Source: Octopus vulgaris
Lineage: Eukaryota
NCBI GenBank assembly: GCA_951406725.2
Contig: OX597820.1
Span: 61,008,001 to 61,072,000 of the forward strand
Length of the DNA stretch: 64,000 nt
Direction: 5' to 3'
In this document: positions 28,911 through 41,433 of the stretch, piece by piece
How positions within the stretch are numbered: the first letter of the stretch is position 1
Layout of the letters: each line of letters starts with the position of its first letter
Translations under genes and position numbers: made by a program
The notes under the pieces: generated by a model
What the model was told of the DNA's origin: nothing
The model's database searches: none
What the model saw: the letters and a program-made list of their open reading frames with translations, nothing else

Positions 28911-29311
28911 CTTTTCTACTCTAGGCACAAGGCCCGAAATTTGGGGGGAGGTGTGGGCAGTCGATTAGATCGACCCCAGTTACGCAACTGGTACTTAATT
29001 TATCGACCCCGAAAGGATGAAAGACAAAGTCGACGTCGGCGGAAGTTGAACTCAGAACGTAAAGACAGACGAAATACCTATTTCTTTACTACCCACAAGG
29101 AGCTAAACACAGAGGAGACAAACAAGGACAGACAGACGGATTAAGTCGATTATATCGACTCCAGTGCGTAACTGGTACTTATTTAATCGACCCCGAAAGT
29201 ATGAAAGGCAAAGTCGACCTCGGCGGAAATTGAACTCAGAACGTAGCGGCAGACGAAATACTGCTAAGCATTTCGCCCGGCGTGCTAACGATTTTGCCAG
29301 CTCGCCGCCTT
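28911..29311 (-). mobile_element. Composite SINE B1-B2 with TSD
   Basis: TSD aagg(g/a)gatcaaaatatt on both sides. Confidence 0.88.
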
Positions 29312-29757
29312 AAGGAGATCAAAATATTGAATAGGTTTGGCTGTGTGCTTAAAAAGGTCGGTTTGCAACCACGTGATTTTGGGTTTAGTCCCACTGCGTG
29401 GTACCTTGGGCAAGTGTCTTCTATTATAGCCCCGAGCAGATCAAAGCCTTGAGAATGACTTGTGTTTCAAGCCCATCGTATATATATAATTTGGGTCTTT
29501 GTCTATCAATAATCCACACTTTAATACTCGTATAAGGATTAAAAAATCTGAGGAGGAAAATGATCAAACGAGGGTGTGTGTGTGTGGTTGTGTGGTCACT
29601 CGAGCTGCTTGAAATATAAGTCAAATCTTCAAGAATTGATCTGTAAAATTTCCTAAAAATCCGTTTCCAAAATAAAGACGAGATGGTCACAAATTGACAT
29701 ATTTAGTGATGGATCGGTTGAACCAGGTTTCACCCTAGAGTTTAAACAACAACAATC

Positions 29758-29955
29758 ATTTCTGCTATAGGCACAAGACCTGAAATTTTGGGGGAGGGGG
29801 ATAGTTGATTAGATCGACCCAAGTACTCAACTGGTACTTAATTCATCGACCCCGAAAGGATGAAAGGCAAAGTCGACCTCGGCAAAATTTGAACTCAGAA
29901 CGTAACGACGGGCGAAATACCGATATGCATTTTGCATTTTGCCAGCTCGCCACCT
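29758..29955 (-). mobile_element. SINE B2 with TSD tttaaacaacaacaa
   Basis: Direct reading. Confidence 0.85.
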
Positions 29956-30030
29956 TTAAACAACAACAACAACAACAACAATAAACTGAAGTGGGGGATT
30001 CATTTTAATTGTCAATGTATAAGGTAATAA

Positions 30031-30240
30031 GTGGAGGTGCGTGGCTTAGTGGTTAGGGCGTTGGACTTATGATCGTAAGATTGTGGTTTCGATTCCTGGA
30101 CCGGGCGACGCGTTGTTCCAGTCCACTCAGCTGGCAAAAATGAGTAATCCGGCGTCCCATCCAGGTGGAGAATATATACGCCATGGAAACTGGGAAACCG
30201 GCCCTTATGAGTCTATGTGACTCGAGAAGGAACTTTACTT
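30031..30240 (+). mobile_element. SINE C-related element (different tRNA head, same 3' part)
   Basis: gtggcttagtggttag...ggtttcgattcc; ggcgtcccatccaggtgg...gaaaccggccct...gactcgagaaggaac. Confidence 0.8.
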
Positions 30241-30426
30241 TGTACTTTAAAGTAAGAAAGTCACTGCCGGGTTGCAGTTTAACACCAGGAGAGTGTCCTG
30301 ATGGCATAGATTTGTTACAATAGCACAGTAACTGATTGCTGTATATGTTATATAACTGAACCATTAGTGCTTTCCCTAGAGCCACAAGTCATCGGATTTT
30401 TCATATTGTTAGAGCTCTGGTGATAG

Positions 30427-31240
30427 AGACGGTGGACTGGCAGAAAGAGCAGAGTGAAGAACAACTATCTTGCGGTATTCAGATACAATAGGCGGCGAGC
30501 TGGCAGAAACGTTAGCACACCGGGCAAAATGCGTAGCCGTATTTCGTCTGCCGTTACGTTCTGAGTTCAAATTCCGCCGAGGTCGACTTTGCCTTTCATC
30601 CTTTCGGGGTCGATTAAATAAGTACCAGTTACGCACTGTGGTCGAAATAATCGACTTAATCCCTTTGTCTGTCCTTGTTTGTCCTCTCTGTGTTTAGCTC
30701 CTTGTGGGTAGTTAAGAAATAGGTATTCAGATACATCTTATGTTCTGCGTTAAAAAGGCGGCGAGCTGGCAGAATCGTTAGCACGCCGGGAAAAATGCTC
30801 AGCGGTATTTCGTCTGCCGTTACGTTCTGAGTTCAAATTCCGCCGAGGTCAACGTTGCCTTTCATCCTTTCGGGGTCGATTAAATAAGTACCAGTTACGC
30901 ACTGGGGTCGATATAATCGACTTAATCCCTTTGTCTGTCCTTGTTTGTCTCCTCTGTGTTTAGCCCCATGTGGGTAGTAAAGAAATGGGTATTTCTTCTG
31001 TCTTTATGTTCTGAGTTCAAATTTCGCCGAGGTCGACTTTGCCTTTCATCCTTTCGGGGTCGATAAATTAAGTACCATTGAAACACTGAGGTCGATGTAA
31101 TCGATTATCCCCTTTACCAAATTTCTGACCTTGTGCCGATTGTAGGATGGATTATGTTCTACGTTAAAATGTATCCGGAGTCGACTAATCAAATACTGGT
31201 GTCGATTAAAACGTTCTGAGGCTTGTGTCTACGTTAAAAA
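30427..31240 (+). mobile_element. Old SINE B hosting two nested younger B insertions (30490-30721 and 30756-31151)
   Basis: TSDs ggtattcagataca (30474-30487 / 30722-30735) and ttatgttct(g/a)cgttaaaa (30738-30755 / 31152-31169). Confidence 0.85.
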
Positions 31241-31409
31241 CTAATATTCATAATTGTGAAAGGATGGTGGAGAAGCTGAAACAATACAGTGCGAGACTAA
31301 ATGCAGTGCAGCATTTAGTTCCGTATAAGTATGTTCTGAGTTAGTAACCTGCAGAGATCTTGGCTTTTAATTCCTCCAGACGCGATAAAATAAATATCTG
31401 TAATATATT

Positions 31410-31612
31410 GATTTCCAATTTTGGTACAAAGCCAGCAATTTCGGGGGAGGATAGCATCGACCCTGGTGCTTAGCTGGTGCTTATTTTATCGACCCCGAAA
31501 GGATGACGGGTACAGTCGACCTTGGCGGAATTTGAACTCAGAACGTAAAGACGGACGAAATACTACTAAGCATTTCCCCCGATGTGCTAACGATTCTGCC
31601 AACTCGCCACCG
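31410..31612 (-). mobile_element. SINE B2
   Basis: Family match. Confidence 0.8.
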
Positions 31613-34184
31613 TCAGTATCTACTATATTGCAATGGATCCGATTAACTATATCATCATTATATGCGTGTCCGCCAGACTACTTTCGAAGTAAAACAATTA
31701 TATTTGTGCATCCGTCACCAATCCAAATAAAAATATGATCGCGTCACCGAAGCAGCCCGCTCGCAGTCACTCGAAATGGTAGCTAAATCACCCATAAGCC
31801 ACACCTCGCTATCTAAATAAAAGGGAGAGAATTTTTTTAACAATAAGTTCTTGGTATACCAAAAAATACGGAGTAGCCGTGGCTGGAACACCTTTCAAAT
31901 TATGCTTAGCATGTCGAGTAACCATATAGCGGCTCCTTTGTTATACAAGTTATTATGTTTGGTAATAAATCTATTGTTGTATTTCCCAGTGAAACAGTAT
32001 GTATCAGAATCCTCCCGCCCCAATATCTTTATTCCTAGTGACGTGAAGGTATAGAAGGGTTCTGATACATATGGTTTCTCTATGGATATTATGACTGAAC
32101 ATCAATGCAAGATATAGTAATATTATCAAACACAACAAATGCTTTCGCAAACAAACCACAAAGCTTTTAATTTACTGACCCAAAACTTACGACACCTGTT
32201 CGTTTTAACTGAAAATATATTACTGTAGATATAAGAAATCTACTGATGTTGACAATGTGCTCGCTTGGCGGTTGCGGTGCGTTGTTTATCATTTGTTATT
32301 CTTTTATACCTTCCACGGTCGACTTTCCGTTGTTTTTTCGATAACGCACCTGCTAATGTTCTTCTTTGGTAAAGACGTCAAAAAGAAAAAAAGGAAAGAA
32401 AGGGGGAAAAAAAAAAGGAACGACAAAAAAAGAAGAAGAAAGAAAAAAGTTATTATATCAAATAACTAATCAATAGAATTTCAAGAGTAGCACCTAAAAA
32501 AATAAGGTTATCGCAGTCATCTAAGTAAAGAACAAACATCAAGCTGTGCGACTGCTGAGATTTTACTCAGTTGTATGTTGAGGGTTGGGTATGCAGATGA
32601 AAAATATATGTAAAGGTGCCACAGTATCATTTTTACATTGACGTATCGGATTTGATTAAGACTTTTTTGTTTTAAGCGGACACGGCCTAACAAATCTGAT
32701 GAGAGTAGATACAATCAATAAATGGTTGAAAAGTCACCAAAATAAAGTATGAAAAAAATATAATAGAAGATATACTTAAGGTACTTTGTGTAAAAGAGCC
32801 AAATGGTGTTGTGTATTCTCGCAACAAAATACCTCACAACATTATGAGAGATGGCGTTGTTGTAAATGTACGAGTAATATAAATAAATCTGGGCGGAATT
32901 CGAGTGTGTTAAATCTAAATATAGAGGCAATTAGGATTATAATTAATATTGTACAAAAAAGACTGTGTGGTGTATGTAAGGTAAGGGAGATAGTGCTAGG
33001 CAGTCCTGGTATGTACGGAAGTGCAGTGAACCCACGAGTAAAGTGGCAAATATAAGACTGGAGTGCAATTATGACAGTATGAAATTATGCCTCTTCCGAA
33101 AACAAAGTGAACATTAATGTACTTAAAATTTTTATTGTAATTTAATTAAAATCTATGGTTATCTCCCTTGACTTACTTTACCAGAATTAATTATGGTGTT
33201 TTTTTTTTGTTGTTGTTTTTTACCTCTCCTCATACAGAGTATAATTTTGATAAACATTTTCACTGCGAAATTAAATTTCATGGTTATTCCCGTAATGATG
33301 TTAATTAGCCGCCAAAACCAACATTGGTATTTTCTGCTTCTACCATTTTTTTCACTATCTCCTGTTACGTATGGATTTTATACCCGACATTAAAAGTATT
33401 TCATGTTTGCATTGTAAAGGAATATGAAATGGTCATGGCTGAAATACCATTGATTAGAGACGTGTCAGATCAGGGTTGACCTGAGTTTAAAAACAGAAGA
33501 TGTGATAGGTGATCAACGAAACCAAAATACTTTTCATAATTAATTTTCTCTAGTTTTCTAATTGCTTCTACGTTCTTATATCTATATCATACATTTTTTT
33601 TTACGTGGGTAGGAGTTCCCCCTCAATAGACTATCCGCATCAGGAAATAACGAAACTGCGGTCCAATCGACTTCTATGACATCTTCAAATCTACCTTAAA
33701 AATACCCCTTCAAGAAACACTTATTTAAACGTGTTAGGAAGCTGGTTTTGAATATTGAACTGACATGGTTGTTACTGATGCAGGTATCATCTCTAATCGT
33801 GTTGCTCTAAGACTAAAGGCCATGACTAACTTGTTCATACATTGTGTAACTAGGAATTCATCATCTAATTCGTTCTTCCATTCAAGAGTCCTCGATATAG
33901 AGTCCTGTATAAGCATACACGCACACACACACACACACACACATACACACACACACACACACGCACAAACGCACACACACTCACACACATACAAACACAC
34001 ACATATGACGGGTTCCTGCGCATTGCCTTCAACGAATTTACTCTACTTGGGAGTATAAAAGAAGATACTTGCCCAATATACATCCCAAAGCCACGTAGTA
34101 AGTGTGAAACGCATTATCTAGCAACACAGTCATGCCTGCGCATGTATATATATATATATACTTTATTTAAAAACAGTAGAAATA

Positions 34185-34239
34185 TAACAAAAGCTGTTAC
34201 TCAGAGTTTCACGTTCCCGTTCGTCGGACAGTTTTGTTA
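34185..34239 (-). ncRNA. Mirror copy of the hammerhead motif
   Basis: Follows from the palindrome. Confidence 0.65.
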
Positions 34240-34292
34240 ACAAAACTGTCCGACGAACGGGAACGTGAAACTCTGAGTAACAGCTTTTGTTA
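34238..34292 (+). ncRNA. Minimal type-I hammerhead ribozyme motif (U4C core variant)
   Basis: Stem I aacaaaa-ctgt / acag-c-ttttgtt; core CCGACGA; stem II acg-ggaa-cgt; GAA; stem III actc-t-gagt; GUA cleavage triplet. Confidence 0.7.
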
Positions 34293-34399
34293 TATTTCTG
34301 CTACTTTTAAATAAAGTATATTACTCTACCTCTGGTATTTGAGTACTCTTTTTTCCACTTTGTTTCAAATTTATGTGCTTACTCCGGTATATATATATA

Positions 34400-35930
34400 A
34401 ACAACTTCCTTGCAAGTGATAAGCTCCCGAGAAAACTGAAGGAGAGAATGATATGGCCGATTCAAAATGGAGGGAACAGGATAGATGCTAAAAAACTATA
34501 GGTCTATTTCTCTGACCTCACACATCAGCAAAGTCATAGAACGAGACGTCCGAAGGAAACCAATTACATTCCTTGAAGAGAATGACTTGCTGATTGACAT
34601 TCAGCAAGGCTTTCGTCTGACACAGCTCTTGCAGCGCTAAGACTTGGTGCTAAAGCAGCTGCTCAACAGCTCAAATGTGAACGTGATATATCTCGACTTT
34701 TCAAAAACCTTTGATAAAGTTGTCTATTGTGTGATAAGTCACAAGCTGCGTAATCTCGGCGTAGTCGGACAACTTGAAGAATGACTGCATGGCTTTCGAA
34801 AAGATAAAAACCAGGTAGTAGTAGTCAACGGGGTTGCCACCAAGGAAACGCAAATAATGAGTGGCGTCCCACGGTGCACTCTCTTAGGACCACTGCTATT
34901 TAATAGTGGCCCTCTTAGATATGCCCTCAGTTGCTCAGATAGCCACCCTTGCTAGTTATGCAGATGATGCAAAGGTCTCTCAGAGGGTGCAGAACCCTGG
35001 AGATGTTGCGCATTTCTCAACAGGAGTTGGACACAATATACAGGTGAGCTGAGGAAAATAGCATGCAGTTTGATGCTGGAATATTCCAAGCCCCGCGCTA
35101 CAATCACACGAAGCTAAATGAAAAGCAGACAGGTTACACTGACCCAGAAGGGATTGAAATCTCTGAATCAAAATCAGTGCGCAACCTGAGGTTTGACATG
35201 AGTAATGATGCATCTTTTCAGGCGCATATTACTAAATTGGTGATAAAATGCAGGATATTGGCCGGATGGATCCTTAGAACTTTCAGAACGAGAAACAGGA
35301 AACGATGATGGTTCTCTGGAGGACATTTGTCCTTAACTGTTTAGATAGCTGCTTCCAACTATGGTCACCACACTGTAAAATTAACGATGGAACACGAAGC
35401 AATCCAGCAAAGCTACACAAAGACGATTGTCTCAATGCGACATATCAGCTTCTGGGTGAGACTGAAAGAGTTAAGGCTCTACTCCCTAGAACGAAGGCGG
35501 GAATGATATGCAGTAATATGCACATGGGAAATCGTAGAACTTGTATCTAACTTTGGCCTTGTAAGTTACACCAACAGCAGAATGGGGTGCCACTGCATAT
35601 TAACAAAAGTCCAAAAATTGCCATTAGGATACAGAATCAGATACCGCAACAGCTTGTGTTTCAAGGGCCCAGAACTCTTCAAAATCCTCCCACAATGCCT
35701 GCGGAACCTACATGGGGGTGAATGTAGGCGTCTTCGAAACAAAACTGGATCTCTTCCTGTTAAGATTTCCGGATGAACTTACCTCGCGCAAGAAACGTAG
35801 GTAAGGACAGCAACATCAAACTCCTTCGTTCATCAAATCCCTCACATCAGAGGAGGTTTAATAAAAGTATAGCAAAGCTAATGGCAGTACCCCAGCATGG
35901 CCGCAGCTCTCGAGCTAAAACTAGTAAAGA
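34400..35930 (+). pseudogene. CR1/L2-group LINE reverse transcriptase relic, 5'-truncated, 3' end intact
   Basis: YRSISLTSHISKV, QQGFR, VIYLDFSKTFDKV, SGVPRCTLLGPLLF, YADDAKV, LYSLERRR motifs with stops and frameshifts. Confidence 0.92.
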
Positions 35931-35979
35931 AAGTATATGTATGTATGTATGTATGTATGTATGCATATGTACGTATCTA

Positions 35980-37245
35980 TGTCATTATTAAGTTTTATTT
36001 CAAAGATTTCTTGCCAAAAGAGAAGGAGCTGGTTTCTAACCTACATCCAAGGCCCCTTTATTGGAATTTCAACAACATCAACAGGATAGTTTTGCATATA
36101 TGTGTGCATATGTGCAGTATTTGGAGACATGTTTTGCTTTATGTATTCTTACGGATATACTTGCATATCTAGACATACTCATATATACACTTGATAAACT
36201 TCTGGAAAGTTTTACAAATTTTTGCAGTTCCAGTGATGGCTTGAATTTGTAGTCTTCGAATTAGCTTTCTCCTTTCTGGTTTTGGAAAGCCTAATTTCTT
36301 AAGATTGGTACACATGCAGTGTGTTATATTTCTCAGTGTCTCAATAATTACAGGTATAAACCTGAACTTGTAATCTGGGTAGAGTAACTGTAGAGTTTTC
36401 AATAGTTCAGTGTAGGTATTTTCTTTTTTGCTGATCATTAGCTTTATGTTCACATCCACAGAGCACCTAATTTTCACTTCTGTAAACAGTTTCTCTTCTC
36501 TGTCCCAAATCACTATGTCAGGTTTATTATGCTTACATTTTATTAAGGGTTTCACTGAGACATTCCACCAGTCCACCTGCTAATTATGAGTGGCTATGGT
36601 CTCTACCATACTGTGGGTTGTTATTTCTTTGACCTCAGGATTATTCTTCCGACGGATCTCATTATAGTGTCTTAGCTACAACATCATGTCTCATCGGTAG
36701 ATAATACTGCGATGACATTTTTGGACAACTGCTTATGATGTAGATGATATATTTGGTGTTAACTCCACAAAGTCTATAACGGTTATCACATTTTGATACT
36801 TTTCCTGCGCATCTGTCCCTTTTGGGCATCAGATATTTCCTGAATTGCAAACACATACCCTTCAAAGTAGGAGTTAGTAATCCTGTTGTTGGTACATGAT
36901 AGACTGTTTTGATTATCAATGTTACTATCATCCCGGATCTTTCTGCGGACATATCCATGCATATCTTCTACTGATATACGTTCAGCCTTTCATCTGAGGA
37001 TGCACTTTGGTAGAGTCGTGCGGCTTCTTTGGGCATGTATTTAAGGTTTATCAAATAAGGAATGTTGTTCAAGGAGCTGCTTTCTAAGTCTTACGATGTT
37101 ATCTGCCTCTCGTGTCTGCAAATTTAGTCAAGGGATCCACTACTACACTTGGTGCTTAAAAGATAATGCTGAAGGGATATGGTATGACATTTGAAGACAG
37201 TCAGGGTCGATGTTAAGTTTCTGCCACCTTGTTTTCATTTCAGGT
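35980..37245 (-). pseudogene. R4/Dong-like non-LTR retrotransposon relic (zinc knuckle plus restriction-like endonuclease)
   Basis: RLCG...IISSCPKM..YYLPMRHDVVAK and HNKPDIVIWD...KENTYTELL...FIPVII...GTAKICKTF. Confidence 0.9.
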
Positions 37246-39005
37246 AAAATCAAAATAAAATTGAATATGTGTTTTTTTTCTTTGAAGTGTTACTGTTAAA
37301 ACTGCTCATAATGTTTTCGTGCCTTTGTAACTTATTTTCTTTTTCTGCCGTTTCTTTCACTCGGAACTATGTTTAAAAAATTTCAACGAATTTTTCTGAA
37401 TTCTTTTTAATGACATTTACTTTTGTTTCTGCTATATATCCCAATATTATGCAATTTCAATTTATATTCGCATGTTTGCACGAAACAGCGATTGAATCCC
37501 GTATGTAGCTGCACACAACTTGCACGCACGCACGCGCGCACGTTTGTGTTCGTATATGTATGACAAATGAATGGATGGATAGAAAGTTGAATGGATGGAC
37601 GGACGGACGAAGGGGCGGGCGGACGGGCGGACGGACTGACGGACGGATGAACGGAGTGCAGGTAACCTGAAGGTAATCTAACCAAAGCACTAAAGACTCG
37701 GATAATTTGCCATCTTTCCATCTATATCATATAATTTATCATCACTCATGATACGTATTGTCAATATGTTTATCCATAAACAAATATAAAGCGTATCAAT
37801 CTATGTATATGTATGTTTGTATGTATGCATGTACGTATGAATGTATTTATCTATATACATACATATATATATATATATATATTGTATATCTATATATAGG
37901 TATATAGGATAGGATATTTATATATTTCTACCGACAATAAATTTCATTTGAATTGAAATTCATTACTTTTTTGTGTCTCTACTTTTTTAAACATCTAACT
38001 GATAAAAAGTACATTTTCAAAGGATAAGTTGGAAGTAGAAAGATCATTTACCCAGTGATTTTATAAATCAATAAGTATAAGAGAAGGAAATACATTGGCA
38101 AAAATTCGAAATACGTTTTTAATTCGTTTTAAAACAATATAAGCAAATGCCTTGTCTACGCTGTTATGCTATAAAAAGAGAGAGAGAGAGAGAGGTCGAT
38201 TTTCAAATTTATCCTAAGCTTTCAAAGGTTATTGTCAAATGACTATTAAAAATTTATATAAATAGATCTTTGCTGAACGATGCCGTTTGAATTGGCAACT
38301 ATAGAAAAAAGCCACTATGCCAGTAGTGGCTCCAAAGGAAGTGAAGTAAGATAGAGATAAGATTGGGAGGAGGAGGAGGAGGAGGAGGAGGAGGAGGAGG
38401 AAGAAGAGGAGGACAAGTCTGTAGAAATGCAGTCAAATTACTTTTTATATTAGAATTGGTTGAAATACTGCAGCCAATGGAGCGACTAATTCCAGCTAAA
38501 AACAGTTATTATGGTGTAATTAATTCTGAAATAGGTCAGCCAACCTTGTCAAATATTTGTTCGTGGACCTTTGACGTGCCTCATTGCTTTTTACCGTCTT
38601 TTATAAACATTTAATACGAGTAAGAAGGTTTTTGTTAAATATCGAATCTTGGCTTTTGTATTAAACTTCACCATTACTCCCACCATCACCACCATTACCA
38701 CCACCATTACCACCATCACCACCATCACCACTACTATCATTTTTCTCACTTTTTCCTCCTCCCCACTTCATCCCCGTTATATTTCCTTATTAATACACAC
38801 ACTATATTCTTCCTATGTTCTCTCTCATTCACGGTTTCTAGTTTCCTTTTCTTTTTCCTCAAGATTTTTCCTTGCTCATTATTTATATTTTCTTCAGTTC
38901 CTCTTCCCCTTTACCCTCTGTTTTCTTGTTTTTGCTCTTTTCTACCTAAATCGCTAGAATTTCTCTCTTCGTCTCTCCCTATATTTCTCTTTCTCTTAGT
39001 TTCTC

Positions 39006-39098
<93 letters not shown>

Positions 39099-39910
39099 TG
39101 CACACTCTTCCCCTTCGGCCTCATATTCACAAATAGTTCCAATCAATTTTCCAGCCTTTTCCATATTTTTCTTATCTTGATTTTTAATCAGTTTTACCTT
39201 TCCTTTTTACCGCCATTACATATTCTATTTGTTTCTTCCAAAACCCCCATTTGCTTTTTCTTTGCAATAAAACCTCATTGCATTCTCCTTAATCTTCCTC
39301 TCCTGACACCCTTCCTTACCCCCTTACTTACATATAGCAGCCTCTATTTCAGACTCCCGTTTCAAACGTCAACCCCAGTCAATATTGCTACGTCACCACA
39401 CTGCATTGCCACCACAAAATTTTCTTGGTGAAAAGCTAAGGCCATAGTTACATGCCCTCATGTTTGCGGTATGTTGAACAATGCGAATAAGCCGCATCAT
39501 TTATCTCTTCTTGTTTGGCAGAAGTGCTTCAAAGCAATAAAATTAATGACTGCAAACAGTGTTATTTTTCAAATCTAATCTGTCTCCATCGACTCATAAG
39601 GCGTCTTCATGTCACTCTTCTTAAAGTTGACTGATTCAGAAACTTCTGGGAAAATGGAAAAACAAAAATAAAACAAACCGAAAAAACAAAAAAAAATCAT
39701 TTATAATTGAAAACAATCGCTAGAATTCTAAGAGACTGGTGGTCGTCTGCAGAAAACAATTACTATAGAAGTAAAATCTAGTTACAGTAAAAACTAAAAC
39801 CAGTTACAGTAGAAGCGAAAAAATGAAATATGTTAGGTTGCCGTAATCATATTATATACAAGGTTTCAGATGTATTACCATGAAGATTTCTTCTATGTGA
39901 ACCATAAATA

Positions 39911-40786
39911 CGGAGTGTTCGGAATAAATTTGATGGTTTATTTTCGTTTGCTATTTTCAGAGAACAGCTTGATGTATTGGTGAACAGTCAACGATGTTAA
40001 AAAGCATAAATATTAAAGTTGTAGTTTAGAAAAAGTTAGCGGACGTGGAGGATTGGAAACCATTTGAAAATTGGAAAACAGTTGCCTGTATCATTGTGAT
40101 TCGCTCCGAGTATCAAAATGCTGACATCATGACTGCCGCACATTACTCTATGATTACTGTAAACATTCTAAAATGTGACATGGACATCATGGAAACCAAT
40201 TTCCTCCCAAACTTTGATAGTCTGTAGGTGTATCTATCGTGAGGGTCGTGTCATTCCAGCCCATATCTTTGAAGCGGACGTTAGGCTCACTTCAGACGAC
40301 TATGTGAAGCTACTGGAGACTGTGGTCAAACCTTGGCTAGAAGGGATTGCTGGTAGAAGGCTATATGTGCTTTAGTAGGATTCAGCGCTTTGCAATACCT
40401 CCGGAAAGAGTCAGAAGTGGTTGACAGAGAATACAACTTCACAAGCCCAGTTTCTGTCCTCTTAATTTCCCCGATTGTAATCCCATGGGTTACTGTGTGA
40501 GATGCAGTTGAGAAGGACACCAACAACTCTGCCCATAGCACAAATGCTGAGCTGCTGGCCAAGATCCAGAAGGTGTGGACACGGTGAGAAACTCATGCGC
40601 CAGGTTCCAGAGCCGTCTTAAGGTCGTGGTGGAAGCTGAGGGTGGTTGCTTAAGTAAGCTGTTCTCTCCAAACCATAATCAAATTGATATTTTAAAAATA
40701 TTTTCTATATAGTTTTAATTTTGGAATGGGGTGTTGAGTTTTCTTTTCCTTTTATGCAAACTCTCAACTTTAGCCCGAACATCCTA
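39911..40786 (+). mobile_element. Internally deleted maT (DD37D) Tc1/mariner element
   Basis: TIRs cggagtgttcggaataaatt / (rev) taggatgttcgggctaaagtt; IPAHIFEADVRLTSDDYVKLLETVVKPW...QDSA...PDCNPM...SCARFQSRLKVVVEAEGG. Confidence 0.85.
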
Positions 40787-41387
40787 CATGTCCACTACTC
40801 ATTGCGCATTTTGTGTTTACTGTGTTGACACTTGATGTCACAGACAATCTTTTCATCTGTTCCGAGTTTTACAGGTTACATTTGATTATACTAGTGGCAT
40901 AAGTAGGTTTAGTGGTATGTCCTCTAAATCAATAATTGCCGAACAAATGCGAAAATTATTGATTTCTAAATTAGACAAAAGGCTCCGAATTTGTGTCAAA
41001 ATGATAAAAGTAAATGATAAAAAGGCAATCTATATCTCCAACGTAACATGAGTGTTATGTTTAAACACAGAATACTACGTTATTTACGTATGATAGAAGC
41101 TCCCATGTGGACCCGCGGTGCATAAAAGCACTTGTATTTATATCGTTGACAAACGAAAACCATCGGTTCTACAGCCGCCGGAATTGCCAGATCATGTGAT
41201 TCGTCCTGTTTTGAGCTCCGTTCACGTTGCGTTGGAGATCAAAATTGCCTTTAGCTATTACTACTGCTTCTGTTGCTGTTAATTATTTTTAGGAGCCGGT
41301 TGGCTATTTGTTACATCAGTGCCTGAATAGACTCTGATATTCTATATATCTTCGACATAAGATTCGTCTGTTAGGTCGCTGCTGTAA

Positions 41388-41433
41388 GTCTGTCACTGAC
41401 AAGCCGAAGCAGGGCGAAATCGCGTGCTCAGAT
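41388..41433 (+). ncRNA. Degenerate type-I hammerhead motif within a ~340-bp partial tandem
   Basis: CTGACAA-gcc(gaagcag)ggc-GAAA-tcgcgt; direct repeats 41219-41286 / 41558-41628. Confidence 0.45.

Larger units (their letters stand above)
34157..34390. mobile_element. Penelope-like pseudo-LTR fragment with a 164-bp fold-back palindrome, inside (TA)n
   Basis: Arms 34157-34238 / 34239-34320 with 3 mismatches and no spacer; flanked by (TA)n on both sides. Confidence 0.7.

Noticed and set aside
27487-31738. Recurrent short ORFs (RNWYLFNRPRKDERQS / FRLPLRSEFKFRRGRL) as a peptide family
   Set aside because: They are alternative frames of SINE B copies.
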